Part shown: one piece after another, positions 39,283 to 50,736 of the stretch
Position numbering within the stretch: position 1 is the stretch's first letter
Layout of the letters: the number at the start of each line of letters is the position of its first letter
Position numbers and translations under genes: made by a program
The notes under the pieces: model-generated
Told to the model about the DNA's origin: nothing
The model's database searches: none
What the model saw: the letters and a program-made list of their open reading frames with translations, nothing else
DNA from: Phallusia mammillata
Lineage: Eukaryota
Direction: 5' to 3'
Length of the DNA: 64,000 bases
Assembly (NCBI GenBank): GCA_965637545.1
Contig: OZ281495.1
Span: 20,708,001-20,772,000 of the forward strand

Positions 39283-41102
39283 TTACTCATCATCCCAACC
39301 AAAATTTTTTCCAATATTCTCGAAAAATTCTTCATTAAACGGGCGATAAAACGCCGGCAATTTTTTTTAAAGTTACCCAGTTGGCTTTCTGCTTTCCGTT
39401 GCGCGTGCGGCCTTTTGAACTTTTAAGACAATCCAACTGTTTAACATTTTCTATGCTGCTTTCATTTACTTTGTGCTCGAGATGCTGGGTGGTAAATTTT
39501 TGGTAACAAAAGAATCCGGTGTCTGGATGGCGAACAAAATCCTCTCGCAACAAGACTTTTGGAATTCCAATAAAATCCTTCAGTTCCTCAATTATTGGTC
39601 CTGGATCTTTAATGAATCGATCTCCATCTACAACTTTTAAACTTGAGCTGTTGAAGAAACTTTGACATTGTTTAATATGAGCTGAGTATATTCCATTGGA
39701 GAGTAGAGTTGATGCAAGGCTTGTGTGAACTAAGTTGACAAATTTTTCTCGCAAGTCCGAATGTAGAAGGGATATTTTTTGCCACTTAGATATGCTGTGT
39801 TGCAGTTTTGGAAGATAATATCAACACGCTGTTCGAATGTTTCGTATTTACTGATCAAATGATTATTGTAAAGCTCGTACCTTACACGCTGTGAACAAAA
39901 AAGTGGTTTAAATTATGATGCTATTTTCCGCGTATTAGTATTACATTTGCTGCTACTGATTTGTAACAAAAAAAGTATTATTTTAATCTATGTGCTACTG
40001 GTTGTACGAATAAGATATTTGTAATGATAAAACCCAAAATTGTTTTACCTCTTGGTTTTTATTTCTTCCATTATAATAATGCGACACATTACAGCAGCTT
40101 ATTTTACTTGTTATGTTTTTATAAACTCACCTCGTGCACATAATCTGAAAACGCTCTCAGGGTTGGATCACAGACGATTAAAATAAGCTTTACACCAGGA
40201 ATTGATGTTTTGATTCTGTATGGAATGTTTGTGGGTGGAAAAGCAAAATATATTGGTGTCTTTTCCATTGCAACTTGTCTATCGTTTGTCGGTGGCATCC
40301 CTTTTCTGCAAAACACAAATTCATTATTTACCACAATCAAAAAACAACAAATATTAAGAAGACATTGCAGTCAATAGTAGAAAAAACCACCTTTGATTTT
40401 ATTTATTAGTGCCACGAAAAGTTTTTTGAAAGGCTATATAGAAGGCGTATATAAACACTTTACGGGTAAGCATTTAAGTCTCCCATTTTCGCTAATGTGA
40501 AGAAGAACATTTCCTTTTCTTTGGGAACTCGAATTAGTGGATTTTGGTCAGGAAAGCCCAGTTTACCCTGGTACCACACTTTTTTACTCCAATGCCGATC
40601 ACTTTTGGTAAGCGCCGCGTTTCATTCTGCAAAACTTGGAAAATTTAATTCAACATGTCTTTAAAAAAATGCTTTTTAAACTGAATGCATCCGTTTACAC
40701 TTTGTAGCTACAAAAAAACGTAAAGTTCCCAACAAAAACATTGATTTTACAATTTGTTGAATGGTAGCAATTACAGCGGTGAGTAATTTCAATACACGCA
40801 AAACGCTTTGGTTACGCATAAATATCGGAAAATAACTTAATACGAATGAAAGCAACATAAAGGAGTACCTTAATATTTTCTGCGTTGAATCGTTTGATCT
40901 CCGTAAGTTGTTTTTCACGATTCATCAATTTGGTTCGCAAAGCTATGGCATTTCTAGCACCAAAAACAATTTTTCGGCTTACGCGATCTTCAAAAAAACT
41001 CTTTTTTGTGAATGCAATCAACAGCAAAATACACAAGATTCAGATGACGATATTTGTCAATCTTGAATGGAGTTTGCATCTTCTGATTTTTGAAGGGATC
41101 AT
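39283..41102 (-). pseudogene. HS3ST-like copy 4 (duplicate of copy 3, pseudogene)
   Basis: Matches 29724-31543 at offset 9559, including the same lesions. Confidence 0.85.
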
Positions 41103-41254
41103 ATTTGCATTGAAATTTGTGCAAATTGTGCAATGTTTCTATGAACCGATATTCCTTAAATGTTTAGTGTAAACCTGTAAAACCAAATAAAACAATGTCC
41201 GTGGTAGTATTTTTGTTTTTTCATGCGATGGTCAAATAAGTTAGCTGACCAATT

Positions 41255-42550
41255 TCAATCGCACAAATAAGACAACCAAAGAGCCACGGCGTCTGATATT
41301 AGATTAGGATTGGCATGAATATCCTTTTGTGGATGCACTGTTGTTAATCCCCACGTATCAATAAATGTCAAATATTTTAGGTCTGACAGCATACCGAGCA
41401 TTATTTGATTAAATCGGTACAAATGCCATTCTGTTGGACGAAACGGACTGGGCACCGTGTATCTTATTCCTAAGCGAACGAAAACTTTGACGTTATGGTT
41501 TCGTCGCTTCAAACGATGCAGGGCATCTTTAATGATGGCCGAAAGACGTTCTACAAAAATCAAAGGGTCGTAATAATCAAAATGGGCACCGATATGAAAC
41601 ACCACAACAACATTGCCTTGTTCAGTTATATTGTCTAAAGTTTTCACAATGTACGGTTTGACACGGGGTGGTCCCGGGTTTTGCAAAGGAAGTCCGTGTG
41701 CTCTGTACTTGATTGTGATGTTTCTCAGTCGATTTTTCCCGTTTCGTGGTTGTGACCAAAGATCACTTCTGTCTGCATCATCTGTCAATTTAAGTTTTTC
41801 GAATAATATCATGTACCACTGGCGCATTGTAGAGTCCCCGATGATGTAAATCTGCTTATTAGGGAGGCACTTATCAGCAAGGGTCAAATCACGATGCGTG
41901 TTTTTGCATTCCAATGAATTCCACTTTTCATTGCGATAAAATCCACTGGGTACCAACAATTCATTTACTTGCTTTCGGTTGATCGTCTTACATTGTTGCA
42001 AGTTTTGAGCAAATGACGTTTTGTTTACCTCAGTTTTGAGCAAAACTTTATTTTTGATCGCAATTTCTCTGTTGAGTTTTGTGTTAAACAGCTCCTTGCA
42101 CTCTGGGTGTTGCAGTTTTGCCTCAGTTCTTTGGTACCATTGCATTTCTTTGGGGCATGTTTCGTTAGTCGGGCGATAGCAAAACCATGTTGTTCCAAAC
42201 GATTGGTTTGAAAAATCACAGAGCAGTTTATCATTTTCCCTAACAAAAAAAACAAGTAAATATTAGTTGTCAAAATCAAAATGCAATATCTGACTTACAT
42301 TAGTTTTACGTCGCACTCTTCCTTGGTACCAGACGGATACGTTCCAATACACAACAAGGGGTCTATTGTACTTGCTTGCATGATCAGGTCGATGACAGCT
42401 TCACTGGAATGTACAAGCTCCACTTCTAATTTGCTTAAACCGGGCCATGTTATCACGGTTCGCCAAGTATATCTTCCATTTCCATGATCGTGAATGGATA
42501 CAGGCACTCCGTCGCCCGTTTTTAATCCTTGCGAATTCAAACAAGCAAGT
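41255..42550 (-). pseudogene. NXPE-family copy 3 (duplicate of copy 2), exon 1 missing
   Basis: Matches 31696-32991 at offset 9559. Upstream lie a palindromic MITE and the 3' end of the YR gene. Confidence 0.8.
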
Positions 42551-42690
42551 CTGTTTTGGAAGCAAAATGTCGTTAAATATTATCTTTGCAGCAATAGTAC
42601 CTGACAGAAATCTTTTTTAGTGCACGTGTCTCTAAATCACAATCAACAACCATGATCGCCTTAAAATGGCACCAATGTGGTAAAACTACT

Positions 42691-42885
42691 AACACTGAGC
42701 ATTGGCTTACGCCCGGTCTGAGAACTTCTGGTAGGTGGCGCAACAGAACATAGGCGTTTATGGTGCTGACTCATCAATTATTCTTACCATAAACCAAAAT
42801 TGCTGTAACAGCACCATAAACGCATATGCTCTGTTGCGCCACCTACCAGAAGTTCTCAGACCGGGCGTAAGCCAATGCTCAGTGT
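42691..42885. mobile_element. Palindromic (hairpin) MITE, probable TA TSD (Tc1/mariner-type)
   Basis: About 80-bp near-perfect inverted arms (acactgagcattggcttacgcccggtctgagaacttctggtaggtggcgcaacag... and its reverse complement), flanked by TA on both sides. Confidence 0.8.
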
Positions 42886-42985
42886 TAGTTGCTCTACCTA
42901 GGTTTTTCCTTTCTTTCAATCAGATCCTAAAAAAAAACATTTCATAATGACGTAATGTGCAACAATTGCCCATAGTAACACTAAT

Positions 42986-45900
42986 TTAAACAAGGCCAAA
43001 GTCTATTACAAACATTTGTGTAATTTTGTTTACTGCATGTATCTACTTTTTACAAATCTACATGACAATGACAAAGACTAATCTTGATATACCTTGTAAT
43101 TTCTTTCTTGGTGTGGCAGGTAAGGAAGAACTAGAGTTTCTGCGTGTTCTTTTGACTGGAGATTCTGAAACAAATAACAAACCGTTGATTTTTAAGTATA
43201 CTAGACTATTGAACGTTGGGTATAATTTTGAATCTGTTTGTGTTGTTTGTCCATTTTTACAGTGCAAAACATGTTGGTTAGAACTGGTTCATGTTTTATT
43301 TTTAAAAAACCCTCAGAACAGATATTTTTTATATGTAATATATAAGAGTGACAAACAGAAATATTATTTGTGAAAAATGTAATCTTTTATTAAAATAATG
43401 GTTGTTTATAAAGTTCGTCAATTCGAAATTGCAGCGTTAAGAACTTGTGATCAAAACACAACAAATTTTAGTGAAAAATTTCAACCTTGGAATTATAATG
43501 TCAAGCTGTAATATACCTAGTAATTTCTTGCTTGGTGTTGCAGCTGAAGCAGAATCTGAGTTTCTGCGTACTCGCTTGTTTGGAGATACTGGAACAAACA
43601 ACAGTTTTATTAAGTATGTTTCAGACACAAATAGACACCAGGTTTTCTCTATACAATTTACCTTCATAAGGGTTGACAACTTTTGCCTCATAAAAAAGGT
43701 GGTTCTGTGGCCATCTAGCATAAACAATGTCTCCAGGTTTAAGGTCATTGAGTGCTTTTACTTTTTTCCGATTTGACATTTTTATGTCCTTGGGGTGATA
43801 AATATAACATGTTAAATTGTCATCAACAAAGTCAACTTTGATGAATTCACGTTCTGCAAAGCATTGAAAAAAAGATACATCTTCAGTATTTTGTACTAAA
43901 ATGTTTAGTTTTAAAAGTAGAAACTGGTTGAATTTGACGATAGACTTACTTCTTATCATGCTACTAGCAGCAGACCATAAGCTATGAAAATCACAAATAA
44001 AACAAATCAAAAAATTACCCACCCATTTGTACTTGAGTGGTGTTGATAGATTCCGGTTCAACTTCGACGTCTACACCACCTGATGATTTATCAGTCACAG
44101 CACCATGTTTTCTTTGGCTGCTGGTCTCAGAACCTGAATAACATGTACATCTAAACCACATGTTACTAAATCACAATTAAAAAAAAAATTACCCACCCAT
44201 TTGTACTCGAGTGGTGTTGATAGATTCCGGTTCAACTTCGACGTCTACACCACCTGATGATTTATCAGTCACAGCACCATGTTTTCTTTGGCTGCTGGTC
44301 TCAGAACCTGAATAACATGTACATGAAAACCACATATTACTTACCTTGTCAAATCCCCCAATACCTTTTGGTCCACTTAATGTAGTTGCAATGTTCTGGG
44401 TAGCCTCTATTCAACAAAATACACAAGGTGATTACTGGAAAGGTTATTGCAACATTTGACTACTTTTTAACAGTGCACATAGTTACCATTTACCAAGTTC
44501 TAACGAATGCGCTTTTCTGTTTGTGTGACAAAATTATATGCAAAATTTGCCACAAAACATAACAGTCACAATGCTGGGAAGCATGTTGTCTACCACACCA
44601 AAAAAAGAAACAAGACTTTCTAAAACCAGTCCAAAATTTTGTTTCAAGACACACAAGACATAACCACCTGATGCTAATCCACCCAATACAATCCGTGCTG
44701 ATTCCACTATTTTCGCTGGGTTGGTAATGTCGTAAAATTTATCCTGAACTTCAACTGAATGGCCTTCAGCCCTTGCCACAGCTCTTTGTATATCTCTCGG
44801 TTTGTCACTAATTTCCCTAGCTATCAGTTTCCTAGTTTCAGTAACTGTGACCGGTCTTTCAAAGCATCTTGCAGTTACTTCCTTGTATATGTGGTTAAAT
44901 TGAGAGGGTGTCATTTTTACTCCAACTTTATTTCCAAAAAATGATGGAAACATCCTTTCTTCAATATTCACCCCCAACTTTTGCAAATATGTCCAGATAG
45001 TTGCAAAGCATCATCGTATTCGGATTTTGAAAATACAATACAACCATGCCGCCTCTTCTCTTTCTGTTCACTGACTAAAACTGAAAAGTATCCACCAGAT
45101 GTAATTTCTCGATTTTTGAATTCAGTTTTCAGCATACCAGTGAGAAGAGATGATCTGCACCCTTGGTGACAGATCAGTCTGGCAAACAAATCACCAGAGA
45201 GTAATTTTAGTTCAGCACATGAAAGTGAACCAGTTTTTTTCTGTCGCATGGCCTCCATCTTTTTAGCATTTTTCTGTGTGTATTCAAGAATCACTTTTCC
45301 AGGAAAGCTGCATCCCGAAAGTAATCTCCTTGATTTATCCTTCATAAACACTTCTCTTTTTTCTTTTTTCGTTCTCTGTCGTTGCATCCATTCTTTCACA
45401 TACTTTTTCAGTCTTTCAATTTTATATTCCTCATAAACATTCTCAAATTGCAAGTGCAAAAATTGCAGAAAGTTGTTAATAGTTGCCAAATAGGCATACA
45501 ATGTTGATGCACTTCCATCTTTACAAACTTTTTTGGATAAATTTGAATATATAGTTTTTGGATACTTGAAGTCGTCTAAACATGTGATCACAGATTTTAT
45601 TTGATTTACATATGTTTGTGCCTGGGTAGTTGTTGTTTTATTCCGGTTTCCACTTCCCATAGTTACCAAAGCATTTTGATATGTATCCAATATGTCATTT
45701 AGGACATAACTGATTTTACTTCTATTTATGATATCGTTGAACGTTTTGGAGCCTTTTTGTATCTCTTTGTGTTTGTGAGCAATGTGGCTTTTTATGCCCA
45801 AAACTATTAACTTGCAAATACAGCATTGGTAGCCAGAAAAGTTTTTGTAACTACCCAACCTTCTGCGTTTCGCAAAACTATCATAATAAAAATCTTCCTT

Positions 45901-48900
45901 TGGAATATCCATATGTTTTTTTCCTATGGTGCGTCACATTTGTGTATGTTTCATGGCAGAATGGACATACTCTTCTTTTTCTGGATGAACCAGACCTAAA
46001 AGTGAAAATATGTATGTTGCACTAACCATTTACTTTCTTTAATACTAAAGTGATATTTGTAACACATCTAAAAGCACACAAAGTACAAGATTGGTTCAAA
46101 ACAATAAATATTAACCCTACAGAAGAAAGCTGGAGGTTGGAAGAGGGCAATTGCTAATATGCACTTAAAAAAAAGTTACTTTGTTTTTAAAATTTTAAAA
46201 TAAGTCCACAAAAACATAGTTAAACATTTCACAACTTACTTTTGGGTTGATGGCGATCGACTTGCAGGGGTTGAGACTCTGCTTTGCACAGCTCTGCGAC
46301 TGTATGACTTTTTCCTTTTAAAAAAGTAAAATTATTATTAATTTAGTTATTGTTTGTCATTAGTTAGGTTTATCTAAACAGTATTACCTATGGGTTGATG
46401 GTGATCGACTTGCAGAGGTTGAGACTCTGCTATGCACAGCTCTGCCGCTGTAGTGTGACTTTTTCCTTTAAAAAAAGTAAAATTATTATTAACTTAGTTA
46501 TTGTTTGTCATTAGTTAGGTTTATCTAAACAGTATTACCTATGGGTTGATGGTGATCGACTTGCAGAGGTTGAGACTCTGCTATGCACAGCTCTGCCGCT
46601 GTAGTGTGACTTTTTCCTTTAAAAAAAGTAAAATTATTATTAACTTAGTTATTGTTTGTCATTAGTTAGGTTTATCTAAACAGTATTACCTATGGGTTGA
46701 TGGTGATCGACTTGCAGAGGTTGAGACTCTGCTATGCACAGCTCTGCCGCTGTAGTGTGACTTTTTCCTTTAAAAAAAGTAAAATTATTATTAACTTAGT
46801 TATTGTTTGTCATTAGTTAGGTTTATCTAAACAGTATTACCTATGGGTTGATGGTGATCGACTTGCAGAGGTTGAGACTCTGCTATGCACAGCTCTGCCG
46901 CTGTAGTGTGACTTTTTCCTTTAAAAAAAGTAAAATTATTATTAACTTAGTTATTGTTTGTCATTAGTTAGGTTTATCTAAACAGTATTACCTATGGGTT
47001 GATGGTGATCGACTTGCAGAGGTTGAGACTCTGCTATGCACAGCTCTGCCGCTGTAGTGTGACTTTTTCCATTTAAAAAAGTAAAATTATTATTAATTTA
47101 GCTATTCTTTGTCATTAGTTAGGTTTATCTAAACCAGTGGTTCTCAAAGTATGGGTCGCGACCCAAACATGGGTCGCGCAGGGTCCAAAAATGGGTCGTG
47201 CTATGTGTGATTCAGTTCTGCCCAAACAAACTATTACTGCATTCAGTAAACACAAACGAATTTACTTAATGCAGAAATAAAGTCGCCTCACTCTAATAAG
47301 TTGTACAGTAAAATGAACCAATTATTACAACATACAGACAATAGCTTTCTAATTTTATTGTTACGCACATGGCGATTGTAACGTCATAGCACGGGAAATA
47401 ATAGGACAAGTTAATCTTGCATAACTGAACGGGAGATGTAACAGTTAGTGTTAAAGGATGTGTAAGTATTCCTACAAGTAAACATTTTTAGATTTGGGAT
47501 TCACTTCTATCAGTGATCATGGCGCTGCAAACCCACAATGTGTGTTATGCAATTGTCGAACGAATCGGCTTCGACCTCATTAGGCCTGCCGCCAATTTGA
47601 CATGCTGGGCAGACTCCTATGCGGCGGCGAAAATTGCAGTCCGTCTCGTTAATACATTTTTTGATGTTTGAGGCTTGGGTCGTGAGATGTTCATAAAACC
47701 CAGATTTGGGTCGCGGTTAAAAAAGTTTGAGAACCACTGATCTAAACAGTATTACCTATGGGTTGATGGTGATCGACTTGCAGAGGTTGAGACTCTGCTA
47801 TGCACAGCTCTGCCGCTGTAGTGTGACTTTTTCCTTTTAAAAAAGTAAAATTATTATTAATTTAGCTATTCTTTGTCATTAGTTAGGTTTATCTAAACAG
47901 TATTACCTATGGGTTGATGGTGATCGACTTGCAGAGGTTGAGACTCTGCTATGCACAGCTCTGCCGCTGTAGTGTGACTTTTTCCTTTTAAAAAAGTAAA
48001 ATTATTATTAATTTAGTTATTCTTTGTCATTAGTTAGGTTTATCTAAACAGTATTACCTATGGGTTGATGGTGATCGACTTGCAGAGGTTGAGACTCTGC
48101 TATGCACAGCTCTGCCGCTGTAGTGTGACTTTTTCCTTTTAAAAAATCAAAATTATTATTAATTTAGTTGTTGTTTGTCATTAGTTAGTTATTTCTTAAC
48201 AGTATTACCGGTAAGTTGATGGCGATCGACTTGCAGAGGTTGAGACTCTGCTTTGCACAGCTCTGCGACTGCAGTGTGACTTTTTTCTTTAAAAAAATTA
48301 AAATTGTTATTAATTTAGTTATTGTTTGTCATTAGTTTATTATTTCTGTACAGTATTACCTAAGATGGGTTGATGGCGATCGATTTGCAGAGGTTGAGAC
48401 TCTGCTTTGCACAGCTCTGCGACTGTAGTGTGACTTTTTTCTTTTAAAAATTTAAAATTGTTATTAATTTAGTTATTGTTTGTCATTAGTTGATTATTTC
48501 TAAACAGTATTACCTACGATGGGTTGATGGTGATCGACTTGCAGAGGTTGAGACTCTGCTTTGCATAGCTCTGCCGCTGTAGTGTGACTTTTTCCTTTTA
48601 AAAAATCAAAATTATTATTAATTTAGTTGTTGTTTGTCATTAGTTAGTTATTTCTAAACAGTATTACCTAAGACTGGTTGATGGCGATCGACTTGCAGAG
48701 GTTGAGACTCTGCCTTGCACAGCTCTGCGGCTGTAGTGTGACTTTTTGCTTAAAAAAATCAAAATTATTATGAATTTAATTGTTGTTTGTCATTAGTTAG
48801 TTATTTCTTAACAGTATTACCAGTAAGAGGATGGCGATCGACTTGCAGAGGTTGAGACTCTGCGGCTGTAGTGTGACTTTTTTCTTTTAAAAAAGTAAAA

Positions 48901-50111
48901 TTGTTATTAATTTAGTTATTGTTTTTCATTAGTTAGTTATTTCTTAACAGTATTACCTAAGACGGGTTGATGGCAATCAACTTGCAGAGGTTGAGACTCT
49001 GCTTAGCACAGCTCTGCGGCTGTAGTGTGACTTTTTTCTTTTAAAAAAATTAAAATTGTTATTAATTTAGTTATTGTTTGTCATTAGTTTATTATTTCTG
49101 TACAGTATTACCTATGGGTTGATGGCGATCGACTTGCAGAGGTTGAGACTCTGCTTTGCACAGCTCTGCGGCTGTAGTGTGACTTTTTGCTTCAAAAAAT
49201 CAAAATTATTATTAATTTAGTTATTGTTTGTCATTAGTTAGTTATTTCTAAACAGTATTACCTAAGACTGGTTGATGGCGATCGACTTGCAGAGGTTGAG
49301 ACTCTGCCTTGCACAGCTCTGCGGCTGTAGTGTGACTTTTTGCTTAAAAAAATCAAAATTATTATGAATTTAATTGTTGTTTGTCATTAGTTAGTTATTT
49401 CTTAACAGTATTACCTAAGATGGGTTGATGGCGATCGACTTGCAGAGGTTGAGACTCTGCTTTGCACAGCTCTGTGGCTGTAGTGTGACTTTTTGCTTCA
49501 AAAAATCAAAATTGTTATATATTAATTTAGTTGTTGTTTGTCATTAGTTAGTGATTTCTTAACAGTATTACCTAAGATGGGTTGATGGCGATCGACTTGC
49601 AGAGGTTGAGACTCTGCTTTGCACAGCTCTGCCGCTGTAGTGTGACTTTTTCCTTTTTTGCAAATGAGAAGGATGTTTGTCCGAAGAGATTGGTTTGACA
49701 CCACTTATCCCTTCGCAATCCTTCTGTGATCTTTTTCATTGAAGTGCAAATGTTGGAAACAAACAAAACAAAACTAATGATGTTGAATCCATTAAAATTA
49801 AATTATAATGAATGCATTTGTGATTATCTTTTAATAACACTAGTTGTCAAAAATATCTAACATGCCTTACCCCAAGCATGAATCATTTTCAGAGGAATCA
49901 AAGTTAATGCATCGTTTGCTTTGACTGAATCTACAAAACACATTAACTGATATATAAAACAGTAATATCGTGCAAAGAGCAAAACAAAGTTGGACGCCAT
50001 ATTGTTTGTTGGTCATGCTGTAAGGCATATGACTACATGTTTAATGTGGCTTTAATTGAATTCTTTTCTGTAAAATTCTTACCCAGAAGCCAAATCTTCA
50101 TTCGCTTCCAT
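42986..50111 (-). CDS. Multi-exon gene: Ser/Arg-rich exon-repeat array + 2 C2H2-like zinc fingers + tyrosine recombinase + Tudor-like domain; frameshifted, possibly a dead Crypton-like or unclassified YR element
   Basis: The model starts ATG 50111 (exons 50111-50083, 49930-49871, 49730-49572), passes through 18 further repeat exons, then 45995-44665 (ZnF+YR), a small exon near 44345-44406, 44307-44197, 44133-44023, 43853-43662 (Tudor), 43588-43517, 43164-43093, and a tentative last exon 43032-42986. Two frameshifts: an A7 run at 45916-45922, and about 45000. Confidence 0.7.
43662..43853 (-). CDS. Tudor-like exon of the YR gene
   Basis: FIKVDFVDDNLTCYIYHPKDIK...LKPGDIVYARWPQNHLFYEAKVV resembles the Tudor consensus (G-D-x-V-x-A-R-W...F-Y-x-A-x-V). 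Phase 1-1 exon with ttgcag/gtaaat splice sites. Confidence 0.65.
44665..45995 (-). CDS. Zinc-finger + tyrosine recombinase exon (two frameshifts)
   Basis: CPFCHETYTNVTHH..H and CCICKLIVLGIKSHIAHKH zinc fingers. YR catalytic pattern: R in ICHQGCRSS (45154-45156), K in VSEQK, TETRK in place of HxxR, GHS, and Tyr in QDKFYD (44732-44734). Confidence 0.75.
46240..49730 (-). repeat. Tandem array of 19 exon+intron units (~151 bp)
   Basis: Each unit is an exon of 63, 75, 78 or 81 nt plus an intron of 72-76 nt (gtaata...ctaac/ctaat...ttttaaag), except the MITE-bearing intron. Phase 2-2 translation is RKKSHYSGRAV(H/Q)SRVSTSASRSPSTH. Confidence 0.9.
47135..47739 (+). mobile_element. hAT MITE (family B) inserted in an intron of the exon array
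   Basis: TIRs cagtggttctcaaa / tttgagaaccactg; TSD atctaaac; homologous to 55427-55907 in the opposite orientation. Confidence 0.92.
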
Positions 50112-50736
50112 ATTACCAAAATAAGCACAAATAAGACAATGATATAAAATCAGTAATGAATAACACTAAAAATTCCTATTTCAAAAGCAGACAGTTTGCA
50201 TACACTGATGGTTGCACACAAGTATCTATTGAATAAAATAAAACATTTCAAGCTATTTACAATTTTACAAAACAAACGATGTGACTTTGTCTGTACTTGC
50301 GATGACTTTAATCAGAGAATAAAGTGCTTTTGGATTTGCTGAAGCAAACCTTTATAATACCTCTACTAAGCTTTACAGAAATGTGCAACTATTTTAAAAT
50401 AACCTACTAAATGGGGCACTTTCTTATTTGACTATAAACGCACCAAAGACAAAGAACCGTTCTTTGTTCTGAACTTGTCTTCATCAACAACATACAACAC
50501 ATTTTTTACAGTACAGTATAATCCTTTACCGCCACCTTGTGTTAGTATTCAAAAAAATAGGTTTTATGTTTATTTTATAGAAAAGCCCGTAAAAAACATG
50601 TATACACAAACAGACAAGTATATCAACCACTGCAAAAATTTTATATTTTTCTCGAAACAAATTTTCTTGAAACATATTTTTCTTGAAACGTTTTTAGTTT
50701 TTTTCGCGCCGAAAATTTGTTTCCTGCCGTGTAGGG

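Larger units (their letters stand above)
25153..42714. repeat. Near-identical tandem segmental duplication (25153-33155 repeated as 33156-42714 with one extra 1556-bp unit)
   Basis: Identical ORFs at offset 9559 (for example 27992/37551, 29776/39335, 31696/41255). The junction at 33155-33156 joins a truncated palindromic MITE arm to the interior of the 1556-bp unit through a 2-bp cg microhomology. Confidence 0.93.

Noticed and set aside
44534-45912. Bacterial or phage integrase contamination
   Set aside because: The YR region is flanked by spliceosomal introns and embedded in eukaryotic gene and MITE context.
46116-46153. Extra 38-nt exon (QLPSSNLQLSSVG) between the array and the zinc-finger exon
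   Set aside because: It needs a phase-0 upstream donor, which the last repeat exon does not provide. Direct 46240 to 45995 splicing is already in frame.
46240-49660. CRISPR-like array
   Set aside because: There are no unique spacers and no cas genes. Both halves of each unit are repeated, and the splice signals explain the structure.
49522-49766. ORF-track frames GKSHTTAAELCKAESQPLQVDRHQPIL and KEKVTLQRQSCAKQSLNLCKSIAINPS as the repeat product
   Set aside because: The phase-0 frame has stops. The phase-1 frame is mostly open but does not join the upstream ATG exons or the downstream zinc-finger exon; only phase 2 does.
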